Assembly (NCBI GenBank): GCA_965228735.1 | Contig: OZ245838.1 | Location: 448,001 to 512,000 of the forward strand | Length of the DNA: 64,000 nt | From: Planctomycetota bacterium | GTDB lineage: Bacteria > Planctomycetota > UBA1135 > UBA2386 | Reading direction: 5' to 3' | Part shown: positions 1-10,175 of the stretch, one piece after another | Layout: each line of letters starts with the position of its first letter | How positions within the stretch are numbered: position 1 is the stretch's first letter | The notes under the pieces: model-generated | Told to the model about the DNA's origin: nothing | Databases searched by the model: none | Seen by the model: only the letters and a program-made list of their open reading frames with translations | Translations under genes and position numbers: made by a program

Positions 1-170
1 AGCGGCCCGGTGGGGGCGATTGACGTTCGCGTGGGACTGCTCGTCGTCGGCGGCCGCATCGAGCAGTTTGTCGAGGCGGCGGCGCAGCGCCTCCTCGTCC
101 CCGCAGAACTCGGCCAGCAAACGCCAGCTACGGTGGCGGGTCGAGCTCGGCAGCCCCTGTCGAGGCGACC
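1..170 (-). pseudogene. Degenerate fragment resembling the N-terminal leader of planctomycete-type Ser/Thr kinases
   Basis: Minus strand reads AAELDPPP* and then, in a shifted frame, LLAEFCGDEEALRRRLDKLL, which resembles the FLAEACGDDEALRREVE leader of these kinases. It runs off the window edge. Confidence 0.35.
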
Positions 171-264
171 CTGGCGATTCTGATCGACGACGTCGTCAAG
201 CTCGCACTCGACTCGCCGCCGATCGGCAGGGACCTCGGCCGTCCGGCGGGGCTCCGGTCCGTCG

Positions 265-1461
265 TCACAAGGACTTCAGATACTCCACCAGAACACGCAC
301 CTGCGCGTCGTTCAGCCCGAGGTGCAGATGACCGTCGTAGTGGCGCACGACATCCTCGAGCGTCGCTGCGCTGCCATCGTGGAAGTACGGGGGATGCTGC
401 CACAGGCCGCGCAGCGGCGTTGCACGATATAGACCGGTCGCGCTGCGCTGGGCGTGGCGCGGGTCCGTGCCGACTGCGGCGGCGGGATGGAGTCGACCGT
501 CCGAGAAGGTCGGGCCCGAGTGGCATTCGCTGCAACGGGCCGCACCGGCGAACAGCGCGCGTCCGGCTTCGGCGTCGGCGGGGTCGAACGAGAACGCCGG
601 TGGCGGCGGTGTCGAGAGGCTGTGTTGGTAGGCGGCGAGGGCGGCCAGCTTCGGGGTCACGATGTCGGGGGTGCGCACGACGTGCAGTCCGATCCGCGGA
701 TCGTGGATGACACCGCGGCCACCCATCTGGGTGATGGCGACGTAGGCGTTCCAGTAGGAGATGTCGCCATCGCCCGTGAAGGTGGTCAGGGGCACGTCGC
801 GCAGCCCGTACACCGGCGGAATCACCGCCGGGTCGCTCTCACCGTCCTGATTGAAGCGGGCGTCGTACTTGCCCGGCCCCCAGGATGTCAGTGCGGCCTG
901 GATCGCCGGGTCCTGGGTCGCGGGCGACAGGGCCAGGATCTGCCCGGGATCGAGATCGGTGTTGGCCCAGCCATCGAGTCGTGAGCCGATGCCCGGAGCG
1001 ACCCGATCGTCGACTGTCGAGTGGCACAGGGCGCAGGTGACGCCGAGGCTGGTGAGCTGGCCGGCTTCGACTCGGCCGACGATGCCGACGACAGCGTTGA
1101 GTTCGATCAACGCAAGCGTGGTGGCGGGGTCCTGCAGATCGGCGCTCGCGAGCACCGCCTCGGGCACGGCATCGGCGTCGACCTTCAAGCCGACCGCGAG
1201 CGCAGTCGCCGGCGTCAGCGTGGCGACCACGTGGTGAAGGCCGAGGCCATCCGTCCACTGGCTCTCGTCGCCGAAGGTGTCATAGCGGAAGATCTGCTTG
1301 CCGGCTTCGACCAGTCGGGGTTCGGGCGGCTGCGCGGTAGCCGGGGCGTCGTTGCGGTGGCAGGCGGTGAGGAGCATCGCCGTGACGATCGCCGTACCCG
1401 AGAGCACTGGCGACCGGGACGGGTCCGGGTTGCACGTGTTCATTGTGTTCGCCGGCGTCAT
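265..1461 (-). CDS. Di-heme c-type cytochrome (cytochrome c peroxidase-like C-terminus), probable lipoprotein
   Basis: Two CxxCH motifs (CALCH, CSECH), a TPLRGLWQHPPYFHDGS motif typical of CCP/MauG-like C-termini, and an LLTAC lipobox. Start may be 1443. Confidence 0.8.
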   Translation of the reverse strand: MTPANTMNTCNPDPSRSPVLSGTAIVTAMLLTACHRNDAPATAQPPEPRLVEAGKQIFRYDTFGDESQWTDGLGLHHVVATLTPATALAVGLKVDADAVPEAVLASADLQDPATTLALIELNAVVGIVGRVEAGQLTSLGVTCALCHSTVDDRVAPGIGSRLDGWANTDLDPGQILALSPATQDPAIQAALTSWGPGKYDARFNQDGESDPAVIPPVYGLRDVPLTTFTGDGDISYWNAYVAITQMGGRGVIHDPRIGLHVVRTPDIVTPKLAALAAYQHSLSTPPPPAFSFDPADAEAGRALFAGAARCSECHSGPTFSDGRLHPAAAVGTDPRHAQRSATGLYRATPLRGLWQHPPYFHDGSAATLEDVVRHYDGHLHLGLNDAQVRVLVEYLKSL

Positions 1462-1889
1462 GGGTGCAGGATGATGGCCCCGGCATTGTCGGGACCGACC
1501 GGCTCGGTCAGTTCGATGCCGTTGGCATGCAGCGCGAACGCGAGCACCGACCAGTAGTCCGGTTCGGACAACTTCCGGCGATGCGATGCCTTGGGCGGCA
1601 TGTTCTGGGTTGCGTACAACGCGACGTCCAGGGCGCTGCGGAACGTCGCCGTGCGCTCCTGATCGGCTCGGGGCATCTTCGGTAGGGCGCCGGCGCCGAC
1701 CAGAGCGGGCGCGCGGTCACCTTGTCCGGCGGGGCCGTGGCAACGCGCACAGTGCTCGGCGTAGACCGCAGCACCGCGATCCAGTTGGGTGGCCAGTCCG
1801 GCGCCCGGGGTTGCGGTTGGCGCGGCGATCCCGGCGCCGGCACAGGCCGCCACCAGAATCGAGAGGGCAGAGACAGCAGAACGTCGCAC
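1458..1889 (-). CDS. Small secreted mono-heme cytochrome c
   Basis: CARCH motif, distal Met (NMP), signal peptide. GTG start follows an AAGGA RBS. Overlaps the downstream cytochrome gene by 4 bp. Confidence 0.8.
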   Translation of the reverse strand: MRRSAVSALSILVAACAGAGIAAPTATPGAGLATQLDRGAAVYAEHCARCHGPAGQGDRAPALVGAGALPKMPRADQERTATFRSALDVALYATQNMPPKASHRRKLSEPDYWSVLAFALHANGIELTEPVGPDNAGAIILHP

Positions 1890-1946
1890 GGCTACTTCCT
1901 TGCTAGAGGTCAGGGTTGGGGGCACCGCCGTGGCGATTCCCGGCGT

Positions 1947-1975
1947 ATGGAGGGCCGCATCCGCGGATCGGTTAC
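1947..1975 (-). promoter_or_regulatory. Candidate ECF promoter GTAAC-N13-CGGCCCTCCAT for the cytochrome operon
   Basis: Same motif and spacing as the plus-strand copy at 2002-2030. Confidence 0.6.
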
Positions 1976-2001
1976 CGGAACGTCGGGAGTTCTTTTTTCC
2001 T

Positions 2002-2030
2002 GTAACGTCCACCGGCGTTCGGCCCTCCAT
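2002..2030 (+). promoter_or_regulatory. Candidate autoregulatory ECF promoter GTAAC-N13-CGGCCCTCCAT
   Basis: Directly upstream of the ECF sigma gene. An AAC-containing -35 element is typical of ECF promoters. Confidence 0.6.
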
Positions 2031-2040
2031 GGGCGTGGCC

Positions 2041-2733
2041 ATGCCTGATCCCATTTCTCTGCACCCTGGCTCCTGGCAGCACACCGCGATCTCCGACGAA
2101 GACATCGTCGGGCGCGTGCTTGCCGGCGAGACCGAGCTGTTTGAATTGTTGGTCCGACGCCACAATCAGCGCCTCTTTCGCGCTGCTCGCGCGGTGCTCG
2201 GCGACGACGAGGCCGCCGAAGAGGCGCTGCAGCGGGGCTACATCCAGATCTGGCGCCGGTTGGAAACCTTCGCCGGTCGCGCGTCGCTGATCAGTTGGAT
2301 GCACCGCATCGTCTTGCGCGTCGCCTTCGAGGTGGCCAGCGCCGAACAACGGCGACGTAGTGTGCTTGCGACTGCGGCGACCAACCTGCCGCCCAGGACG
2401 TCGGACGTCGAGCGGCCACCCGATCGGGGCATTCGCGAGGAAGCTGCTCGCGCGATCGATGCGGCGGTGATGTCCCTCGAACCGACCTACCGGCTCGTGT
2501 TCGTGATGCGGATCGTCGACGGCCTGTCGACCGCCGCGGTCGCCGAAGCGTTGGAGGTGAACGAGGGCGTAGTCAAGGTGCGACTACACCGCGCCCGCGA
2601 ACAGCTGCGGGGGCGGCTGGTTGAGCATGCCGGGATCGATCGATCTGCTCGCGACCTGTGGCGCTTCGACGGTGAGCGTTGCGACCGCGTCACGGGTCGC
2701 GTGCTCGCCGCCATCGCGCGTGGTCGAGGGTGA
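2041..2733 (+). CDS. ECF-type RNA polymerase sigma factor with a C-terminal RCD extension
   Basis: Region 2 (FELLVRRHNQRLFRAAR...AEEALQ), region 4 (VKVRLHRAR) and C-terminal FDGERCDRV. Start may be 2029. Confidence 0.88.
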   Translation: MPDPISLHPGSWQHTAISDEDIVGRVLAGETELFELLVRRHNQRLFRAARAVLGDDEAAEEALQRGYIQIWRRLETFAGRASLISWMHRIVLRVAFEVASAEQRRRSVLATAATNLPPRTSDVERPPDRGIREEAARAIDAAVMSLEPTYRLVFVMRIVDGLSTAAVAEALEVNEGVVKVRLHRAREQLRGRLVEHAGIDRSARDLWRFDGERCDRVTGRVLAAIARGRG

Positions 2734-2843
2734 TGGTTCAGCCGCCTTGGCGCAAGTCGTTCGGCTGAGCGTTCGGTCGCCGCGGTGACGGACAGCCCTC
2801 GGCAGGATCGGCTCCGCGTACCGGGCCCCGAATCGGGCGCAGC

Positions 2844-2970
2844 CTACGGCACGATCGGCACCTGCAGCCGCTGCGTGCTCTGGAATGCCGGCCCCGGCGC
2901 GACATGGAACCACTGGAAGTAGAGGTCCATTGCCGGCAGCCACTCCGGCAGCCGCACGACGCGCCGATCA
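2844..2970 (-). pseudogene. Orphan 3' remnant of a gene carrying the recurrent C-terminal domain
   Basis: Reads LPEWLPAMDLYFQWFHVAPGPAFQSTQRLQVPIVP*, like the C-termini of several secreted proteins in this window, but with no plausible N-terminal part. Confidence 0.4.
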
Positions 2971-3057
2971 CGGTCTGCTGGGCGACCGGGTCGCATCGTG
3001 GTCGGTGATGGCCACGTCGTCCTTCGCGAACGCGTTCGCTGTCCGTCTGCCCGGGGC

Positions 3058-4614
3058 TCAGTTCGTGTCGAGCTGGCGCTCGAGCACACCATGCAGGCGG
3101 GCGGCGGTCTCCGGGTGCTGCGACAAGACGTCGTGCTGCTCCAGGTGATCCTCGCGCAGCGAGTAGAGCTGTTGGCGACCGTCCTTGAACTGGCAGAACT
3201 TCCAGCCGTCCTTGTCGATCACGACCCCCTTCATGATGCGGCGGCCGCGGATGAAGATCCAGTCATGGCCGCGGTCCGGCTCGCCCCGCAGCGTCGCGAG
3301 GTAAGAGCGACCGTCGGTGCGGTGGATGCGAGGATCCTCGAGGCCGACGATCTCGGCGAGCGTCGCCAGGAAGTCGTAGTGTGTCGTCAGGCGATCGGTC
3401 GTGACGCCGGCCGGGATCGTGCCGGGCATGCGCACGAACATCGGGCAGCGTACGCCGCCCTCGAACGCGGACCACTTGAGGTTGGCCATGCCCGCGGCGC
3501 CGTCGAAGCTGTCGCCACCGTTGCTGGTGCGCCACTTGTGCTGGTCGTAGTCGGCGGGTGTTCCGTCCAGGAGTCTGTCCTTGCGACGCTTGGGCAAGAG
3601 CCCCTGGGCGTTCTCGTAGTAGGTCTCGTGGCCGTTGTCCGACGAGAAGAACACCATCGTATCGTCGTCCATCCCGAGGCGTTCGAGCTCTTCCAGGATG
3701 CGGCCGACGTGGTCGTCGAGCATCTTGACCATCGTCGCGTACTTCTTCTCCGACAGCGTCAGCTCATCGCGATCGGCGAAGTCCGCATGCAGCTGTTCGA
3801 CGGCGACCGGCCCGTGTGGCAGCTGCGTGCTGTGGTAGAGGAAGAAGCGTTCGTCGGCATGGTTGTCGGCGTGGTCGCGCAGGTAGTCGAGGATCTCGCG
3901 CAGGAAGACGTCCTGGGAGTAGGTTGCTCCGCCCTGCCCGACCGGCTCACGACCGCGTTCGCTGCGCTTGCCGGCGTCGGCGAACGGGTTGCCGGGCAGC
4001 GGCATCTTGTGGCCGTTCTTCCACAAGTACCGGGGGTAGAAGCCGTGCGCGCGGACATGGTCGAAGTAGCCGACGTAGTGCTGCCAGCCGTGCCGCGTCA
4101 CGCGTTCGTGCCAGGTGAGAAACCCCGCATCCAGCTTGCCGAACTGCGCGGTGCGGTAGCCGGCCAACCTCGCGACCTGGCCCAGCAGGAGGGTGTCGTC
4201 GGCGATCGGGGCGGCTTTGCTGCGCCGCGCGATGTGCGCGTCATAGCGGCGGCGCCATTCGACGTCGTCGTCGATCTCCCGGTCGAGACGAACGAGGAAG
4301 CCGCCGGCGCTGTGCGAGCCGACGCCCTTGCGGCCATCATGGCGGCCGCTGAGCAGGCTGCTGCGGGCCGGAGCGCAGAACGCATTGCCGTGGTAGTTCG
4401 AGAACGCGATGCCCTCGCGCGCGAGGCGGTCGATGTTGGGCGTCGTGACGATCTGCTGGCCGTAGTGCCCGAGCATGCCCAGGCCGAGATCGTCGGCGAG
4501 GATCAGCACCACGTTGGGGCGCTGCTGGCTCACGCCCGCTGGGCCCGTTGCGATCGCGGCGACCAGCGCGATCACGCCGGCCCAGCGAGGAGAGGTCGGT
4601 TTGGTCGAGAGCAT
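3058..4614 (-). CDS. Arylsulfatase-family (formylglycine-dependent) sulfatase
   Basis: RPNVVLILADDLG, CAPARSSLLSG (CxPxR), GKLD and FSSDNG motifs, with a signal peptide. Confidence 0.92.
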   Translation of the reverse strand: MLSTKPTSPRWAGVIALVAAIATGPAGVSQQRPNVVLILADDLGLGMLGHYGQQIVTTPNIDRLAREGIAFSNYHGNAFCAPARSSLLSGRHDGRKGVGSHSAGGFLVRLDREIDDDVEWRRRYDAHIARRSKAAPIADDTLLLGQVARLAGYRTAQFGKLDAGFLTWHERVTRHGWQHYVGYFDHVRAHGFYPRYLWKNGHKMPLPGNPFADAGKRSERGREPVGQGGATYSQDVFLREILDYLRDHADNHADERFFLYHSTQLPHGPVAVEQLHADFADRDELTLSEKKYATMVKMLDDHVGRILEELERLGMDDDTMVFFSSDNGHETYYENAQGLLPKRRKDRLLDGTPADYDQHKWRTSNGGDSFDGAAGMANLKWSAFEGGVRCPMFVRMPGTIPAGVTTDRLTTHYDFLATLAEIVGLEDPRIHRTDGRSYLATLRGEPDRGHDWIFIRGRRIMKGVVIDKDGWKFCQFKDGRQQLYSLREDHLEQHDVLSQHPETAARLHGVLERQLDTN

Positions 4615-4841
4615 GACGCGGCCATTGCCGTTCGGCGTTGCCGGGCGGCGTAGTGAGTCCATCACCTGCGGGTCCGTGCGGCGGCGGTTCGCGGCAGTCA
4701 CGACGGCCAGCAGGCCGATGGTCCGGTTGTTCATGTCAGACGGTTCCTGTCCGAAGCGGGAGCTCGGATAGGGCTACCTTAGGAACCACGTGGGAGATCT
4801 ACCAAGTGGTCCGTCACCGGCTGCCGCGATAGCGTTCCGCG

Positions 4842-6194
4842 GTGCTCAGAGTCTGCCTCGTCTCGGTTCTCGTTCTCGCCGCCGCTCGAGCCCAGGAACC
4901 GCGCTGGCCGCAGTTCCGCGGCGTGCAGGCGTCCGGAGTCTCGGACGGGCACGCGCTGCCGGACCAGTTCGACGTGGCCACGGGGGAGAACGTCCGGTGG
5001 CGCACGCCCGTGCCGGGGCTGTCGCACGCCTCGCCGGTGGTCTGGGGCGATCGCTGCTTCGTCGTGACCGCGGTGAAGCAGGGCGGCGACGCCAGTCTCA
5101 AGATCGGCCGCTACGGCGACGGGGATTCGGCGGACGACCTCGTCGAGCACACGTTCCAGGTGTGGTGTTTGCGGCTCGAGGACGGCCGTGTCGACTGGGT
5201 GCGCACGGCGACGCGCTGCGTCCCGCGGTTTGCCCGCCACACCAAGGCGACGCACGCGGACCCGACGCCGGTGACCGACGGTCGCCACGTCGTCGCCGTG
5301 TTCGGGGCGCAGGGCATGTTCTGTTACACGGTCGACGGGGAGGTCGTCTGGCAGAAGGACCTCGGCGCGCTCGACGTCGGCCCGCACGATTCGATGGACC
5401 TGCACTGGGGCTACGCCAGTTCGCCAACGATCGCGGGCGGCCTCGTGATCGTGCAGGCCGACGTGAAGGAGGACCCGTTCCTGGCCGCGTGGCGCGTCGA
5501 CACGGGCGAACTCGCCTGGCGCGTGAAGCGCGATGACACGACGAGCTGGGCGACGCCGACCGTCGTCGACACGGACCGCGGTGCGCTGGTGTTCGTCAAC
5601 GGCTGCCTGCACATGGGGGCCTACGAGCTCTCCGACGGCTCCGAGGTCTGGCGCATGGCCGGCGGCGGCGGTCTGCCGATCCCGGCTCCGATCGTCAGCG
5701 GCGAGCACGTGCTGTTCACGAGCAACCACCGACCGCTGAAGCTCGGGCACCCGCGCCGTCCGATCTTCGCCGTGCACAAGACAGCCGTCGGCGAGCTGCC
5801 GATCCCGACCAGGGAAGAACCCGGGAAACACGTGAGCTGGATGCAGACGCGCGTCGGCAACTACATCCAGACGCCGATCGTCTACCGCGGGCTGCTCTAC
5901 CTGTGCAACTCGAGCGGCGTCGTCTCGATCGTCGACGCCGCGACCGGCGAGGTCCACGGCCGTCCGCGGCTGAGCGAGGGCGCTGCGGCCTATTCGGCGT
6001 CCCCGGTCGCGGGCGACGGCAAGCTGTGGTTCACGAGCGAGGAGGGCGATGTCAGCGTCGTGCGCGCGGGGCGGGAGTTCGAGCCCATCGGCGTCAGCCC
6101 GCTCGGCGAGATCTGCATGGCGACGCCGGCGATCGCGGGCGGCACGTTGCTGTTCCGGACGCGCGGTCACGTCGTCGCGATCGCAGCCAACTGA
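4842..6194 (+). CDS. Secreted PQQ-like beta-propeller repeat protein
   Basis: WPQFRG, NVRWRTPVPG, ASPVV and terminal ATPAIAGGTLLFRT motifs, with a signal peptide. Confidence 0.88.
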   Translation: MLRVCLVSVLVLAAARAQEPRWPQFRGVQASGVSDGHALPDQFDVATGENVRWRTPVPGLSHASPVVWGDRCFVVTAVKQGGDASLKIGRYGDGDSADDLVEHTFQVWCLRLEDGRVDWVRTATRCVPRFARHTKATHADPTPVTDGRHVVAVFGAQGMFCYTVDGEVVWQKDLGALDVGPHDSMDLHWGYASSPTIAGGLVIVQADVKEDPFLAAWRVDTGELAWRVKRDDTTSWATPTVVDTDRGALVFVNGCLHMGAYELSDGSEVWRMAGGGGLPIPAPIVSGEHVLFTSNHRPLKLGHPRRPIFAVHKTAVGELPIPTREEPGKHVSWMQTRVGNYIQTPIVYRGLLYLCNSSGVVSIVDAATGEVHGRPRLSEGAAAYSASPVAGDGKLWFTSEEGDVSVVRAGREFEPIGVSPLGEICMATPAIAGGTLLFRTRGHVVAIAAN

Positions 6195-6199
6195 CTCCG

Positions 6200-6219
6200 C
6201 CGCCCGTTTCGGCGGGCGG
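6200..6219. terminator. GC-rich hairpin between convergent genes
   Basis: ccgcccg-tttcgg-cgggcgg; no U tract. Confidence 0.4.
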
Positions 6220-6242
6220 GCCGTTGTCGAGTCGGCTCGGGC

Positions 6243-7622
6243 CTACACCTCGACCGGCGAGAACCCGTCGCGGTACGCCCGCCGCACGACCGTGTCCGTC
6301 GCCTCCTGGCTGTTGCTGAACGTCAGCGTCTTCTTGTCCCACTGCAGCTCCTGGCCGGGAAAGCGGCTGGCCTTGACCGGCAGGATCGCGCACTCGGTCA
6401 TGCGCAGCGCCTGCTCGAACGGCGTCCAGACCTTCACGTCCTCGTCGCCGAGCGCCCGTTCGATCCAGCTGCCCCAGTGCGCGTACTTGCCGACGTCGGT
6501 GTTGGCGCCGAGGTCCGCGGGGCTGACCAGCTCGTTCTTCACGTAGCACTCGAGCTTGTTGCCGCCGGCGTTGATGATCAGCGTGCCGTTCTCGCAGACC
6601 ACGACGGTCTGGTTGGCGCCGACCTTGTCCTTCGGGATCCCGAGCGAGCGCAGGTCGTAGCCGACGCCGGCGTCGTTGTAGTGGACCGGGAACGTGTCGT
6701 GCTTGAAGCGATCGCCGCGGACCGCGTAGGTCATCGTCGACTTGCACTCCGTGCAGTGGTACCAATCGGCCGCGCGCGGCGTGTCGCACCGGACCGACAC
6801 CGGGCTCGTGAGCTCGGGGTAGGCGTACATGATGATGTCCAGCAGGTGCACGCCCCAATCGCCGAGACCGGCGGTGCCGAAGTCCCACCACGCGCGCCAC
6901 TTGTTCGGTGCGATGCCGTCGCGGTAGGGCTGCTCCGCTGCCGGGCCGAGCCAGAGATCCCAATCGATGTTGGCCGGCGGCTCCTTGCTGGCCGGCAGCT
7001 CGAGGCCCTTGGCGCTGCCGCGGCGCGTGCCCGTCCAGACGTATGCCGCGATCGCCGGGCCCAGCAGATTCTGCTCGAGAATGTCCACCGCGATGCGGCG
7101 GCCCGGGTTCTGCATCCGCTGGTTGCCCGTGTTGGTGGCGAGGAACGGCCGGTTCCGGACCGCGCTCTCGAGCATCGCGAGCTCCTCGAGCTGCTGCACC
7201 AGCGGCTTCTGGGCGTAGACGTGCTTGTTGCCGGCCAGCGCCAGCAGGATCGGACCGATGTGGGAGTGATCGGGCGTGCACACGTTGACCGCGTCGAACT
7301 CGTCGAGCCGGTCCGCGAACACCTCGCGGTAGTCGGTCGCCGTGAACGCGTCCGGGAACTGCTTGCCGACCTTCTCGAGCGGGTCGGTGTCGACGTCGAC
7401 GAGGCCGACGATCCTTGCGCGCTCGTGCCGGTTGATGTTGTTGCGGTCCATCCCGCCGATCCCGCCGACGCCGATCTGCAGCACGCGCAGCTCCTGCCGG
7501 CCCGCCGTCGGGTTGGTCGCGATGGCGCAGCCCGGCAGCGTCGGGACCGCCGCGGCACCCAGCAGGGTGGCGGAGGTCTTCACGAACTGGCGGCGGTTCG
7601 GGTGGTTCTTGGTGTGCCCCAT
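6243..7622 (-). CDS. Tat-exported Gfo/Idh/MocA family oxidoreductase
   Basis: RRQFVK Tat motif, IGVGGIG, CTPDHSH, HVYAQKP, WDLWLGPA and GDWGVH. Confidence 0.92.
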   Translation of the reverse strand: MGHTKNHPNRRQFVKTSATLLGAAAVPTLPGCAIATNPTAGRQELRVLQIGVGGIGGMDRNNINRHERARIVGLVDVDTDPLEKVGKQFPDAFTATDYREVFADRLDEFDAVNVCTPDHSHIGPILLALAGNKHVYAQKPLVQQLEELAMLESAVRNRPFLATNTGNQRMQNPGRRIAVDILEQNLLGPAIAAYVWTGTRRGSAKGLELPASKEPPANIDWDLWLGPAAEQPYRDGIAPNKWRAWWDFGTAGLGDWGVHLLDIIMYAYPELTSPVSVRCDTPRAADWYHCTECKSTMTYAVRGDRFKHDTFPVHYNDAGVGYDLRSLGIPKDKVGANQTVVVCENGTLIINAGGNKLECYVKNELVSPADLGANTDVGKYAHWGSWIERALGDEDVKVWTPFEQALRMTECAILPVKASRFPGQELQWDKKTLTFSNSQEATDTVVRRAYRDGFSPVEV

Positions 7623-7679
7623 GCGGGCGGTTGTAGCGCAAGAACGAACGTCGGGCGCGGAGAAGCTACGCGATCCGGC

Positions 7680-8915
7680 TCACCGCTTGCGAAGGGCAGA
7701 TCGCGCCGCTTCGACGACGCTCTGCGACGGGTTCTCCAGGAGCGCTTCCAGCTCCGGTTCGAGCAGCCTCGCGAGTTCGCCCGTGAGGCTGCGGACGACG
7801 CTCCGAACGCAGAGCGCCGTCCACGAGTTCTCGAGATCGCCCCGGAGCAACGGCCGCAGCTGATCCGCGACGACAGCGCCGCCCGTGCCGTGCGTCTTCA
7901 GGGATTCGATCAGCGCGCCGGCGCGGTCGAGAACGCGCAACATCGCGGCCTCGGTCGCGGGCACCCGGATGGCCTCCTTGGCGACCTTGACGAACTCCTC
8001 GGGTGTCGCGTGGAGCGCGAGGCAATGCCAGGCCGCGCGCCGGACGAACGACGGTCCGTTGCACTGGGCGAAGCGGATCAGCGGCCCGCGCACGTCGATT
8101 CGATCGTCTTGGGTCGACACGAGGACGTGCATGTGCACGAGGGTCGATGCCGGCGACAGGTCGCTCTTCTGCGCGCTCTCGGCCGCCGCCGTGACGAGAG
8201 CCTGTCGCCGCGACGCCGCGATCTTCACGCCGCCTGCCGAGCCCGAGTTCGCTACGCGCACCATGACGGCGAACTTCTCGACCCGTGACCAGGTCTGCAG
8301 TTCGTCGACAACCGTGAGGCTCTCCGCATGAGCCGCGAACATGCGCAGCGCAACGGCGGGGTCTTCGCGCTCCACGACGGCGTGGATCGCGCCGAGCGGG
8401 ATCGGGTCGTGCATCGCGACGAACGCGCCGACGCGGCCGTCCGCGGCGTCGTTCTCCCAGAGCTCAGCGATGGCGCCGAACCGCTTCCGCGTTGCCGAGG
8501 GCGACGCGCTGTCGAGCGCCCGCCGAATCGCATCGAGGTCGGCCGCGAGCAGCTCGCGCAACATGCGGTGGGAGGGGGAATCGTTCTCGGTCGCGGTGTA
8601 GCGCTTCACGAGATCCGCCGGTCGCGGCTCGGCCGACCCCAGCAGATACGCGCGGAACGGGTGCGCGAGCTTCGCCTCCGCCCGTCCGGCGTCGTCGCAG
8701 AGCCAGGTGAGTGCATCGCGCTGCCGGTCGCGGTACCCCTTGGCGATCAGCGCACTGAGTGCGGTGCCGGCCGCACTCGCGCTGCCGGTCATGCTCGTCA
8801 CGACGAGGGGCTCGGGCTCGCGGCCGCGGTCCTGAGCCTGTGCCGGCGCCGTGAGGTGAAGCAGGGCGAGCAAGCCGAAACGCGCGGACTCGGAAAGGGG
8901 CATGCCGTGGGTCAT
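7680..8915 (-). CDS. Hypothetical secreted alpha-helical (HEAT-like) protein
   Basis: Long ORF with signal-like segment (LLALLHLTAPAQA) and HEAT-like C-terminus (LLENPSQSVVEAARSAL). Start uncertain. Confidence 0.6.
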   Translation of the reverse strand: MTHGMPLSESARFGLLALLHLTAPAQAQDRGREPEPLVVTSMTGSASAAGTALSALIAKGYRDRQRDALTWLCDDAGRAEAKLAHPFRAYLLGSAEPRPADLVKRYTATENDSPSHRMLRELLAADLDAIRRALDSASPSATRKRFGAIAELWENDAADGRVGAFVAMHDPIPLGAIHAVVEREDPAVALRMFAAHAESLTVVDELQTWSRVEKFAVMVRVANSGSAGGVKIAASRRQALVTAAAESAQKSDLSPASTLVHMHVLVSTQDDRIDVRGPLIRFAQCNGPSFVRRAAWHCLALHATPEEFVKVAKEAIRVPATEAAMLRVLDRAGALIESLKTHGTGGAVVADQLRPLLRGDLENSWTALCVRSVVRSLTGELARLLEPELEALLENPSQSVVEAARSALRKR

Positions 8916-9118
8916 GGCTTGAAACGACGTGAAAGCGAGGGCGCGTGCCATGGTGACGGCTCCTGGCGGTGCTCGCAACCCGGAGAGACTCCAGGAGCGG
9001 CGCTGGCCGCACCGTTGACGGCCGGAGATCGCCGCGTTCTCCGCGTGATCGAGCGGGCGTCGCCACAGACAGTGATTGCGTTCGGCGCCGACTTTGCTCG
9101 AGTTGTCGCCCGACCCCA

Positions 9119-10102
9119 ATGGACTCCGTGACCCAATTCGCGCTGGGGGCTGCCGTCGGCCACGCGGTGCTCGGCAAACACGTCGGCCGCCGCGCGCTCG
9201 TCTGGGGTGCGCTGCTCGGCACGCTGCCGGATCTCGACATCGTGATCCCGATGGCGGATCCGGTCGACGCGTTCACCCGGCACCGCTCCTGGACCCACTC
9301 GGTGTTCGTGGTGACGCTCGCGGCGCCGCTGTTCGCCTGGCTGGCGCGGCGGATCCACCCGGCAACGCGTGAGCACGGTCGCGGCTGGCTCGCGCTCGTG
9401 CTGCTGGTCTTCTGGACGCACGTGCTGCTCGATGCCTGCACGGTCTACGGCACGCAGCTCCTCTGGCCGCTGCCGTTCGCGCCGGCGAGCTGGTCGCTGA
9501 TCTTCGTCATCGATCCGGTCTACACCCTGCCGCTCCTCGTGGGGATCGTCGGCGCGTGGTTCGGCCGCGCGCGCTGGAACCGGGTCGGGCTCGCGCTGAG
9601 CACCGCGTACCTGCTCTGGTGTGGCGCGGCGAAGTGGCACGTCGAGTCGGTCGTGCATGGGCAGCTCGTGACGGAGGGTCGCGCGGACGCGCTCGTGCTG
9701 ACGACGCCGTCGCCGTTCAACTCCCTGCTCTGGCGCGTCGTCGTGATGGGCGAGCGCAGCTATTCCGAAGGCTACTACTCGCTCGTCGCCGACGACGCCG
9801 TCACGTTGACCGAGTACCCGAGCGAAGTCGCGCTGCTCGAGCCGATCGCCGAGCACCCGCCGGTCGCGCGACTGCGGTGGTTCACCGACGGCCTCTACGG
9901 CGTGCGGCGGGCGGGCGACAACGTCGTCGTCAGCGACCTGCGGATGGGCAGCGAGCCTGACTACGTCTTCCGCTTCGTCGTCGGTCGTGCGATCGCCGGC
10001 CGCATCGAGCCGGTGCCGGCGCGTCGCGACGAGACGGCGCTCGACTACTCCGCGCTGTCACGAGTGTGGGCGCGGATCTGGGATTCGACGGTCGCGTTGT
10101 GA
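9119..10102 (+). CDS. Membrane-bound metal-dependent hydrolase (YdjM-like)
   Basis: MDSVTQFALGA start, LPDLD, HRSWTHS, THVLLD and IFVIDP motifs. Confidence 0.9.
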   Translation: MDSVTQFALGAAVGHAVLGKHVGRRALVWGALLGTLPDLDIVIPMADPVDAFTRHRSWTHSVFVVTLAAPLFAWLARRIHPATREHGRGWLALVLLVFWTHVLLDACTVYGTQLLWPLPFAPASWSLIFVIDPVYTLPLLVGIVGAWFGRARWNRVGLALSTAYLLWCGAAKWHVESVVHGQLVTEGRADALVLTTPSPFNSLLWRVVVMGERSYSEGYYSLVADDAVTLTEYPSEVALLEPIAEHPPVARLRWFTDGLYGVRRAGDNVVVSDLRMGSEPDYVFRFVVGRAIAGRIEPVPARRDETALDYSALSRVWARIWDSTVAL

Positions 10103-10175
10103 AGTCGAATCCGCGCTGGCGCCGAGCGGCCGCACGGGTCTGCGAAGACTCGACCACGAAACTCGCCCTGACGCC

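Noticed and set aside
1355..1372. TACHR as a third heme-binding site
   Set aside because: Not CxxCH. The Cys fits a lipobox.
2998..4653. Long antisense or alternate-frame ORFs (also 6477-8288, 14191-16791, 30654-32546, 55861-58278, 60138-61853)
   Set aside because: Shadow ORFs caused by high GC overlapping well-supported genes. No recognisable motifs.
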